A DNA stretch of 22,858 bases, taken from Allocoleopsis sp. (lineage in GTDB: Bacteria > Cyanobacteriota > Cyanobacteriia > Cyanobacteriales > Coleofasciculaceae). Shown here in pieces: positions 1 to 7,845 of this stretch (within the stretch, counting starts at the first letter, position 1; each line of letters opens with the position of its first letter). The notes beneath the pieces were generated by a model. It made no database searches. It was not told the DNA's origin and was given only the letters and a program-made list of their open reading frames with translations. The stretch is taken from assembly GCF_036703385.1 (NCBI RefSeq), contig NZ_DATNPA010000225.1:1-22858 (forward strand), given 5' to 3'. The position numbers were made by a program, and so were the translations under genes.

Positions 1-302
1 GCGATCGCATCCAATCAGAACTCGATACTTTAATCACTCCCACCGTTGTTTTAGTCATACCGTTATTATTTGAAGCCGAGATGACTGACTTAGTCACTGA
101 AATCTGGGTGGTTAGCTGTTCCCCTGAACAACAGTTACAACGGATGATGGAACGCGATCAACTTTCCCTCGAACAAGCTCAAGCCCGCATCAATAACCAA
201 CTTCCCCTAGAAGAAAAAATTGCTCGTGCGGATGTTGTACTCAATAATTCCTCTACCCTAGAAGATCTGCTTAAACAGGTCGATAAACTAGGATTCGTAT
301 GA
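1..302 (+). CDS. coaE: dephospho-CoA kinase, 3' portion (5'-truncated by the window edge). The frame is open from position 3, with upstream residues DRIQSELDTLITPTVVLVIPLLFEAE before the listed Met.
   Basis: The in-frame extension to the window start contains the VxIPLLFE motif typical of CoaE. The C-terminal tail (SPEQQLQRMMERDQLSLEQAQARINNQLPLEEKIARADVVLNNSSTLEDL) matches the CoaE C-terminus pattern. Confidence 0.65.
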   Translation, partial: DRIQSELDTLITPTVVLVIPLLFEAEMTDLVTEIWVVSCSPEQQLQRMMERDQLSLEQAQARINNQLPLEEKIARADVVLNNSSTLEDLLKQVDKLGFV

Positions 303-336
303 CTAGAGGCACAATAGTTCTGACATTTTAAACGTT

Positions 337-909
337 TTACAAGTCTATATTTTCGTAAAGTTCTGCAATTTGAATTTGCAACTCAAAGGTACTGAAAGAA
401 AGGGTGACAGTTGGGTCGTCGTATTCTGAAAATAGCCACTGATGAACGGCTGTTTTGACATGATGCTCAACGTGTATGCGGTATTGATCAATCAGCAGAT
501 ATTCTTGGAAGGTAGGAATTTTACGATAGGCAACAAACTTCTCGCCACGGTCATAATTTTGGGTAGATTTTGATAGCACTTCAGCGATAAAGCAGGGGTT
601 CACCACGGTATCTTTGCGTCCAGTTTGAAGTTCTAAGGGTTTGGGCAGAACCATCACATCGGGGTAAGTATAGAGATTTGCACCGGGAATCCAGAGTCGC
701 TGATCCAGGATAAATACACGGTAGGACTTTCCCCGTAATGCTCCTTTAAGGATAGCCACAAGGTTGCTGGCAATATCATTATGGTCTGGGGTTCCACCCG
801 TCATAGGGACAATTTCTCTATCGCGGTATTCGTTGCGGATTTCGGAGGCGACTTCAAGTTCCAGGTACTCTTCAACGGTGTAGTGTTTTGTCTCAGGTTG
901 AGCAATCAT
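337..909 (-). CDS. Uma2 family endonuclease (DUF820, putative restriction endonuclease-like)
   Basis: 190 aa with the characteristic EYLELE...EIxPMTGGTPxHNxI...DQRLWIP...YTYPDVMV...TFQEYLLID pattern of the cyanobacterial Uma2/DUF820 family. Confidence 0.85.
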   Translation of the reverse strand: MIAQPETKHYTVEEYLELEVASEIRNEYRDREIVPMTGGTPDHNDIASNLVAILKGALRGKSYRVFILDQRLWIPGANLYTYPDVMVLPKPLELQTGRKDTVVNPCFIAEVLSKSTQNYDRGEKFVAYRKIPTFQEYLLIDQYRIHVEHHVKTAVHQWLFSEYDDPTVTLSFSTFELQIQIAELYENIDL

Positions 910-1012
910 TTCAGTTGTACCTCCAAGGCTTCAAGTTGTTGGTTTATTCAAGTTATGGCTGTCGCGTCATCAGTCTCAATCGCCTGTTTTACTACTGGTT
1001 TAGCCATTTCCA

Positions 1013-1594
1013 CTATGACTCAAATTCAACACTTTCATAGATATCTGCTAAACGAATTTCAAAGGGTATCGATGAGAGTGAAATATACGATTCTGTATCG
1101 TCATATTCAGTAAAGAGCCATTTGTGGGAGTCTGTTCTGGAGTATTGCTCAACATGAGCAGTATATTGATCGATCAATAAATATTCTTGAAATGTAGGAA
1201 TGGTACGATATGCTGAAAAATTTTCATCCCTATCGTAGCTTTTGGTTGATTTTGAAAGCACTTCGGCGATCATTACCGGGTTAGTAATCGTATCAGTTCG
1301 TCCCTGTTGTCGTTCAAGTGGGCGGGGGACAACCATGACATCCGGGTAGGTGTAAAGCGTGCGCTCGGGAATCCAAAGCCGTTGATCAGCTACAAAAATA
1401 CTGTACGGTTTCCCTTTCAAACTGACTCTTAAAGCAGCATTGAGAATACTGGCAATTTCATTATGTTCGGGAGTGCCGCCAGTCATAGGGATGATTTCTG
1501 CATTGATATACTCATGCCGAATATCTGAATTTACCTCAAAATCGAGATACTCTTCAGGTGTACAGATTTTCTTTGCTTCAGCCTGCATAATCAT
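1013..1594 (-). CDS. Uma2 family endonuclease, tandem paralog of 337..909
   Basis: 193 aa with the same motif set (PMTGGTPEHNEI, DQRLWIPE, YTYPDVMVVP, IPTFQEYLLIDQY). About 60-65% identical to the neighbour by eye. Confidence 0.85.
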   Translation of the reverse strand: MIMQAEAKKICTPEEYLDFEVNSDIRHEYINAEIIPMTGGTPEHNEIASILNAALRVSLKGKPYSIFVADQRLWIPERTLYTYPDVMVVPRPLERQQGRTDTITNPVMIAEVLSKSTKSYDRDENFSAYRTIPTFQEYLLIDQYTAHVEQYSRTDSHKWLFTEYDDTESYISLSSIPFEIRLADIYESVEFES

Positions 1595-1944
1595 GTTAGT
1601 TTTACCCCCAAGGCTTCAAGTTGCTGGTTTATCCAAGTGGTCGCTTTCTCTTCATCCGTCTCGATCGCCCGTTTCACCTCCCGCCCAAAATTCACCCCAT
1701 ACTCAACCTGAATGCGACTCAGGGGATAGTGCAAGCGATCGCTCAAAACCCGTAAATATAGTTGCCGGATTGCCTCCTCTGGCGTTAGCTTAATCGCTTT
1801 TTGACGCACCAAACAAACCGTATAAGGAACCTCACCGTTTTTGGTCACCTTGAGAGTAATCGTCTGCTCTAACTGCTCAATTTCAGCGATCGTAAACGGC
1901 GACAGCTTGTAATTTGAGTCCTTGAGGATATCGGCTAATTTCAT
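1591..1944 (-). CDS. Small HsdR-N-like protein (type I restriction enzyme R N-terminal-domain family), probably truncated. Its stop overlaps the start of Uma2 by 4 bp.
   Basis: The N-terminal LKDSNYKLSPFTIAEIEQLE...CLVRQKAIKLTPEEAIRQLYL...YPLSRIQVEYGVNFGRE resembles my recollection of the HsdR_N-type small proteins common in cyanobacteria, which are usually longer. Start and stop codons overlap (ATGA) with the downstream gene. Confidence 0.45.
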   Translation of the reverse strand: MKLADILKDSNYKLSPFTIAEIEQLEQTITLKVTKNGEVPYTVCLVRQKAIKLTPEEAIRQLYLRVLSDRLHYPLSRIQVEYGVNFGREVKRAIETDEEKATTWINQQLEALGVKLT

Positions 1945-1973
1945 CAGGGGCTATCAGGTTAGACTCTATTAGT

Positions 1974-3191
1974 CTAAAGTCCAAAATCTTGAATCACTTC
2001 AACTAACTGGTCAATCTCTTCCCGTAGCGTGAAGTAGTGAATACAGGCGCGGACGCAGTCTGGGTCGAGGATGGTTCGGAGCATGAACCCCTTTTGTTCG
2101 AGAAACTGAACTAATTGCTTGTGAGAACGTCCATTCGTCAAGACAAACGAAACCAAACCCGCTTGTGGTGGTGAGGTACATAAGCAACGGACAGACTCTA
2201 ACTGAGATAAACGTTGCCAAAGATATTCACTACCTTGACAAATTTGCTTGTAGCGTTCTTCAGCTGTACCCCATTGCTGATGAGTGGCGATCGCAGCACG
2301 CAATCCTGCATACAAGGGGTAAGCTGATGTTGCTACCTCAAACCGCTGTCCATTCGGTTTCCAACCTAGGGGTTTACCGGTTTCATCACTGACGATTCCC
2401 CGCCAACCGATGAAGGTCGGGTTAATACTGTCTAAGGCATCGGGTCGGATGTAAAGACCACCTAGACCTTCTGGCCCACACCACCACTTGTGACCTGTAA
2501 ACGCATAAAAGTCTGCCCCCAATTCAGTCAAATTCAACGGCAGACAACCCACAGACTGCGCCGCATCGACCAAAACTCGGATGATATGAGAACCTGTAGA
2601 ATAATTTCGGCAGGCATCAACGATGTCTCTAAGGGGTAACACTTGACCCGTATTCCACAGCAGATGACTCAGCACCACCAATCGAGTCCGGGGTCGTAGG
2701 TGCTGTGCAATAACGGCTGTTGGGTCTCCCTGATTGAGGGTTTCCAGGATGGGACAGGTGGAGATTTCGATATTAAACCGACGAGCGAGTTCTCGTGCGA
2801 TCGCGATAACACCTGGATGTTCACAATCTGTCAGAAGTAAGTGGTCGCCCGCTTGCCAATCAATCCCCCACATAGGGATATTGCAACCGACTGTCACATC
2901 TTCCGTGAGTGTGATCGATTCTACAGGTGCACCTAATTCTGATGCGATCGCCACTCTCGTTTTCTTGCTTTCTTCCATAATCCAGCTATTCACGCCAGCA
3001 CAAAATGGGCCATGCAACTGGATATATTCATAAGCTTTTTGGATAGTGTCCAGCGAAGCTTGAGGCAGAGTGCCTTGGCCCCCAAAGTTGAAATACGCTT
3101 TATTGGCTAAAGCGGGAAACTGCTGTCGATGGTGTTCAAGCTGCGTTGGTGCAGGGTAGATGCCAGTCATAGAACGAGTCACAAAGAACAA
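1974..3191 (-). CDS. aminotransferase class V-fold PLP-dependent enzyme (cysteine-desulfurase-like fold, apparently lacking the catalytic Cys loop)
   Basis: A PLP-lysine motif (FTGHKWWCGPEGLGGLYIR) and a C-terminal CVRACIHYFTLREEIDQLV resembling the SufS/CsdA C-terminus. No GHHCA-type active-site cysteine segment is seen. The true start may instead be the internal Met at 3170. Confidence 0.8.
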   Translation of the reverse strand: MFFVTRSMTGIYPAPTQLEHHRQQFPALANKAYFNFGGQGTLPQASLDTIQKAYEYIQLHGPFCAGVNSWIMEESKKTRVAIASELGAPVESITLTEDVTVGCNIPMWGIDWQAGDHLLLTDCEHPGVIAIARELARRFNIEISTCPILETLNQGDPTAVIAQHLRPRTRLVVLSHLLWNTGQVLPLRDIVDACRNYSTGSHIIRVLVDAAQSVGCLPLNLTELGADFYAFTGHKWWCGPEGLGGLYIRPDALDSINPTFIGWRGIVSDETGKPLGWKPNGQRFEVATSAYPLYAGLRAAIATHQQWGTAEERYKQICQGSEYLWQRLSQLESVRCLCTSPPQAGLVSFVLTNGRSHKQLVQFLEQKGFMLRTILDPDCVRACIHYFTLREEIDQLVEVIQDFGL

Positions 3192-3892
3192 GACATTCCA
3201 TTTTATCGCTCTGGTCAGTGGTCAGTACTTTCTCCTACACCTGAATGTAACGAGGTATCTAATGATTCAGTGAATAGGCTGAGCTGACACTGAGAGGAGA
3301 TTCGGTTATGGTAGAAGTTACGTAACGAACTAGACCAGGCTGGCAGCAATTAGTGACCAGATAACAAGGGAGCCAAAATTAGAAAGTATAAGCCTTTCTT
3401 CATCAGAGCTTTCTGCCCTGGAGCCTCCTGCCTTCTTGTACTAGTTTGTAAAAAGTGTGCAATAGCGGTCTCTACCAACAACATAACCTAAACGACAGCT
3501 TCTGCCTGGATTCAGTCGCGATAGACGAAAAAGGTAAAGTCTTGTCCTGTAGATAATTTGCCAATACTGTTAACCTATCGGCAAATATTCTTGCTGTCGG
3601 TACTAACCTTTGCTGGGATCTGGGGAAGACCTTTGCTCAGGTTTCATACTTCTCTGAATGCTGCCGTGCGCCTGCCACTTCTGAGTCTCCGTCTGGCATC
3701 GCGCTGGGAATTACTAAAGCCTTACTAATTTATTTAAGGTAATGACCTGATGACCTATTCACCTAATCCAGCTTTTAAATTGGTCAAACAATACTCATCC
3801 GCTTAAATGAAGCCATCAGCTCTCCAATAGTGCTGCTCCTGAGCAGCCTACCAAACTTTTATTATGCAGGAATTGTGTGAGGATAACCAGAC

Positions 3893-4255
3893 ATGAGTAA
3901 AGTATTGCTAGTTGAAGATAATCCCTCTCAGTCGGAGCTGATGAAGGGCTATTTGCGAGAGGGGGGACACACAGTTATTCATATTAACAATGCTAAAGAG
4001 GCTTTGAATAAGGCGCTTGAACATAAACCCGATGTAATTGTTACCGATGTAGTAATGCCTGGAATGAGTGGCTTTGAATTATGTCGCCGCATCAAAAATA
4101 ACCCATCTACCGCTAAAATTCCTATTATAATTTGTTCTTCAAAAGACCAGGAAATTGACCGTTTGTGGGGAATGAAACAAGGGGCTGATACCTACTTGAC
4201 AAAGCCTTTTTCTAGAGAGCAGCTTGTTCGTGCTGTCAACTTAGCTGTGGTTTGA
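3893..4255 (+). CDS. single-domain response regulator (CheY-like receiver)
   Basis: 120 aa with LLVEDN, a phospho-acceptor context (VIVTDVVMPGMSGFEL) and a conserved Lys (YLTKPF). No output domain. Confidence 0.9.
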   Translation: MSKVLLVEDNPSQSELMKGYLREGGHTVIHINNAKEALNKALEHKPDVIVTDVVMPGMSGFELCRRIKNNPSTAKIPIIICSSKDQEIDRLWGMKQGADTYLTKPFSREQLVRAVNLAVV

Positions 4256-4506
4256 TACCGAAGATGGGGCTTCTGCTAAAAGAGAGCTCAATCCCATTGA
4301 GTCACTTCGTTTATTTGTATAGCAGTCGTCAAGGGGATTAGGACAAAGAAAAATACTGAAGCCAAGACCTATCAATCTGTTCTCTTCTGCCTTCTGTCCT
4401 CACTAAATCTCCGGTCTGCCTTTTGCTATATGTAGCAGTTCTCGTATCAGTGATTACGCTGACGAATAGCTGCTTAGGATACTTGACCTAACCAGCTATT
4501 CTCATC

Positions 4507-6273
4507 TTATCGAGGCCACCACGTCGGATTGTTTTTCATAAAGTCAATCAAAGCATTGTACCTGGGTGAACCTTTCTCATTGAGAGAGTGCAATGCTCCC
4601 CAACTGCCCCATTTGCTTGGCTGTCCCACATCCACAAAGTGGTTAAACAGAGTGCCACCATTTTTCTTCCAGCCATTTAAGAGCATGGTGTAGATGTTGT
4701 ACATCTCTGGGTGCTTATTAATGGCAATCAGAAATTCGGTTAGTTTCTCATTATCCTGTCCTCCTCCCATCCCGACAATATGACTTCCTCCTTCATAAGC
4801 AACGAGTTGTAATCCTTTTTCTTTAGCCACCTTAGAGTGGTATTCAAACAAACTGATCGTATCGGGTATTGTATCGCCGCCTTGGAGTAAGGTACCCTCC
4901 CTAAGCTGTTTAAAGGCTTTACCAAACCCGCCATCGGGGTCAGAACGCCAGTTAAGTACGGTATCTAGATTCTCAGGTTGCCCCAAGCTTCCTGAGAAGT
5001 AACCAGTAATTGCTAATCCATCAATACCGTGTTTGTAAGGAGGTTCATTACCTTCAGCAACCCACTTCGGTGCATTCAAAACCGACTCTTCTAATCCTTT
5101 CCATGCGACCTGAGTACCAATCACACAAAATACGCGATTGGAAGCTTCCTTAAACACCTCTTTCTTCCAGATATCGCACACTTGTGCGGCTCTCATGCCA
5201 TTGTATTGCATCCAAGCATCCCCAAGATCTTGTCCCCATCTGGCTTTACCCTGCTCACTGGCATAATGAGATTGTTGAAATTGCCAGTTCCACACTTCGT
5301 TGGAATACTCTACATAAGCCTTCAATCCTGGATCGAGATGCTTTTTCACATACTCTGCAAAATTTTTGATGTAATCATCCGTTGCCATGTGGGGCATATT
5401 AAACCAGGCATCAGCTTTGATTCGATTGGCTAAAGCCACCATGACTTCTATGGGAGCACCGTTGCTTTGCCAGGTGTAATCCGTTAGCTTAGGTCGATCT
5501 TCCCAGTTCTTCTGAGTCGAGTTATTCGTTCCCATCCAATCCATGAAGCGCACAGCTTGAAAACCTTTTATTTTTTCAAGCCAGACAGGATTGAAGATTT
5601 GGGTAGCAAAAGTTTTCTCGTATTGCTCCGGTACAACTCGGATGTTCCGAATATAATTACCTGTTTTATTGGGGTCTGTTTCAGTAATATGAATAGAAAT
5701 TCCTGCGCCTCCTCCGGCCACGTTAATGACATCTCTACCCGGCTTGGATTCCTCTTCAATCTTCTTAGATTCAAACTCGTAGATCAGCTTTCCTTCTCCG
5801 TCGTACAGAACGACATACCGACCTGTAGGAAATGCTCCTGGAATGTCTCTGTAGAGTAAGGTACCAACGCGAGTGTAGCTGGCTCCGCTTCCAGGCTGCG
5901 GCAAAGACTTCACCCAACCCTGCTCATCTAAATCAAGTTTGACTTCAGCATTGCTGTCTCCTTTACCCTCACAAGATGGGTCTCCATAAGCACAGCTTGT
6001 GTACCAAGGTCTTGCTGTTCGGAAAGCGTCTAAAAAAGGGAGTTGGGTTGAATAGTCAGCCAACCCATTTAGCCCCATGCCTAATGAGCGATTAGTCATC
6101 AGGTTCTTGGGTAGGGTAGCAGCTTGAGTGGATGTTACAGAGGGAGGGGGATTGAGTGCATTGGATTCAGGCTTGACTTGTGCCAGCTTACTCCAGATGG
6201 GAGGACCTGCCAGTGCTAGAAACAGGGCAATACCAAACAACACCAAAAGTTTGGAAACCTTTTTGTAAGTCAT
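4507..6273 (-). CDS. secreted protein, putative TIM-barrel glycoside hydrolase (clan GH-A-like; family unassigned)
   Basis: An N-terminal hydrophobic signal/anchor (LLVLFGIALFLALAGPPIWS), a Pro/Ser/Thr linker, and candidate acid/base (YSNEVWNW) and nucleophile (VAYEGGSH) motifs in the order and spacing typical of clan GH-A enzymes. Confidence 0.6.
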   Translation of the reverse strand: MTYKKVSKLLVLFGIALFLALAGPPIWSKLAQVKPESNALNPPPSVTSTQAATLPKNLMTNRSLGMGLNGLADYSTQLPFLDAFRTARPWYTSCAYGDPSCEGKGDSNAEVKLDLDEQGWVKSLPQPGSGASYTRVGTLLYRDIPGAFPTGRYVVLYDGEGKLIYEFESKKIEEESKPGRDVINVAGGGAGISIHITETDPNKTGNYIRNIRVVPEQYEKTFATQIFNPVWLEKIKGFQAVRFMDWMGTNNSTQKNWEDRPKLTDYTWQSNGAPIEVMVALANRIKADAWFNMPHMATDDYIKNFAEYVKKHLDPGLKAYVEYSNEVWNWQFQQSHYASEQGKARWGQDLGDAWMQYNGMRAAQVCDIWKKEVFKEASNRVFCVIGTQVAWKGLEESVLNAPKWVAEGNEPPYKHGIDGLAITGYFSGSLGQPENLDTVLNWRSDPDGGFGKAFKQLREGTLLQGGDTIPDTISLFEYHSKVAKEKGLQLVAYEGGSHIVGMGGGQDNEKLTEFLIAINKHPEMYNIYTMLLNGWKKNGGTLFNHFVDVGQPSKWGSWGALHSLNEKGSPRYNALIDFMKNNPTWWPR

Positions 6274-6289
6274 AAGAAAACTGTCAATG

Positions 6290-6560
6290 AGCTCCTACAA
6301 TACTAAGAATTGGGGACTAGAGACTGGGAACTGGAAACGATAGATATTTATCCTTGTGTGGTGTTTCCAGTTCATAGCCGTCTAACGGGTCAAGCGGCAG
6401 ACCTCTCCTCTATTGTGTCCTTAGCTTTCTGGCAACCGCCAGAGGCTCCTTTTGGAGAAGTATAGGAGATGAACTACCTCGGACTCCGTAAGAACTACGT
6501 CCGAGGTTTCTGTCGCTTCAGCGAGGAAATTTGCTTCCCCAATCCCGTATGACGAGGGAT
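6290..6560 (-). ncRNA. putative omega-RNA (reRNA) scaffold derived from the right end of the tnpB element, overlapping the tnpB 3' end
   Basis: A hairpin-rich region: CTGGAAAC(24 nt)GTTTCCAG at 6332..6371 and CCTCGGAC(14 nt)GTCCGAGG at 6476..6505 spanning the tnpB stop. This matches the known organisation in which the TnpB guide RNA is encoded at the 3' end of tnpB plus the right end of the element. Confidence 0.35.
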
Positions 6561-7748
6561 GGAAGTAGGGATTTCCTCTCCACGATTGAGGACGTTAGTC
6601 CCTAACGCCCATGACAGCATAACCATTGCTGCGGCGATATCCCTGTCATAAGTTGCACCGCATTCTGAGCAATGATGAACACGCTCAGATAGGTCTTTTT
6701 TCCGTTGATGACCACAGTCAGGACAGGTTTGAGAAGGCTTTACCTTTTTGGTAGGAACGAGAACCATAAATCCACCCGCTTCTTGCAGTTTGTACTCAAT
6801 AGCCTTGGTCAGATTTCCAATCCCTACATCCAGCATTGAACGGTTCAATCCCGTTTTCTGAGCCTTCCTTTTACTACCCTTTTTCGCCTTCTTGGTCATT
6901 CCTTTTAGATTCAGCTCTTCAGTTGCTATCAGGCTATTACCGCTTACTAACTGGCTCGCAACCTTATGCGTCCAATCTTGTCTTTGATTGGTCACTTTGC
7001 GCTGAAGTCTAGAGACTTTCTTAGACGCTTTCTTCCATCGTTTTGATGCCTTAATCTTCCTCTTGAAATTAGGCGCTTTTTTGCGGCGCTTTTGTTTAGA
7101 TGCAATCTTTATTTTTTCGGCTGATTGGCGCTGAAACCGAGGGTTATCTATCACCGTGCCGTCACTCATAGCGGCGGCGTGGTATGTACCAAAATCAATG
7201 CCAATTGCTCCATCACCCGTTTCTCTAACTGGAGTGCATTCCACTGTAATGGACGCATACCAACAACCGTTGCGATAGACAATCGTGCAAGTTGTAGGCT
7301 TCCCCCAAGTTCTAGCTTTTCCTCTCATCCGGATACTGACTTTGAGGTCGGTCAATTCAAGGCAGCCATTATCGCCAGTTGTATGCACTTTCCATCCTGA
7401 CGTAGCAGGATAAGTCCATCCTGAATAATGCCTGATTGACTTGAATTTAGGTTTTCCTCTCAGTCCTTTGAAGAAGGATTGGTAAGCTAGGTCAACTCGC
7501 TTGAGAGTAGCTTGTAATGTCTGTGAGCCTAGGTGTTTATACTCCGTCCATACTTCTTTGAACGCTGGCAACGAATTTTGTTGTTCATAGTACGAAACAC
7601 TATGACCATATCGCTCATATTGAACTCTACGATTAGCTATTGCTGCATTGTAAAGCTCTTTATGCATCCGACGCGCCCAACTCAATTTATGAGCCGCTTT
7701 CGGTTTAGGATATAAGCGAAATGTTACTCGCCTCGTTACCAACTTCAA
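6495..7748 (-). CDS. tnpB: TnpB (IS200/IS605-family OrfB RNA-guided endonuclease), catalytic residues intact
   Basis: 417 aa with RuvC-I (IGIDFG), RuvC-II (ATEELNLKGM), a zinc finger (CPDCG...CSECG) and RuvC-III (YDRDIAAAMV), plus lysine-rich inserts. A strong SD (AAGGAGG) lies upstream of the ATG on the minus strand. Confidence 0.9.
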   Translation of the reverse strand: MKLVTRRVTFRLYPKPKAAHKLSWARRMHKELYNAAIANRRVQYERYGHSVSYYEQQNSLPAFKEVWTEYKHLGSQTLQATLKRVDLAYQSFFKGLRGKPKFKSIRHYSGWTYPATSGWKVHTTGDNGCLELTDLKVSIRMRGKARTWGKPTTCTIVYRNGCWYASITVECTPVRETGDGAIGIDFGTYHAAAMSDGTVIDNPRFQRQSAEKIKIASKQKRRKKAPNFKRKIKASKRWKKASKKVSRLQRKVTNQRQDWTHKVASQLVSGNSLIATEELNLKGMTKKAKKGSKRKAQKTGLNRSMLDVGIGNLTKAIEYKLQEAGGFMVLVPTKKVKPSQTCPDCGHQRKKDLSERVHHCSECGATYDRDIAAAMVMLSWALGTNVLNRGEEIPTSIPRHTGLGKQISSLKRQKPRT

Positions 7749-7845
7749 TCACCTCCTTTTCTAATACTAAATAATGATAATTTTATCAGGATTTCGCACT
7801 TTTAATCTACAGGGCTGACCGCGCTTTCATCCCCACACGGAAGAG

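Larger units (their letters stand above)
6290..7845 (-). mobile_element. Solo tnpB insertion element (IS200/IS605 family, IS1341-like; no tnpA). Boundaries are approximate.
   Basis: The tnpB is flanked by structured non-coding ends. The element sits in the roughly 320-bp gap between the MVP stop (7846) and the hydrolase start (6273). No Y1 (HuH) transposase ORF is nearby. Confidence 0.55.

Noticed and set aside
781-1793. ORFs 781..1113 (+) and 1440..1793 (+), which overlap the Uma2 and HsdR-N-like genes on the opposite strand
   Set aside because: They are antisense to ORFs with clear family motifs and have no recognisable motifs of their own. They are typical shadow ORFs.
3893-4255. Linking the CheY-like receiver to the MCP/MHYT cluster as one chemotaxis operon
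   Set aside because: It lies 8 kb away across a hydrolase, an IS element and the MVP gene, with other strand orientations in between. There is no positional support.
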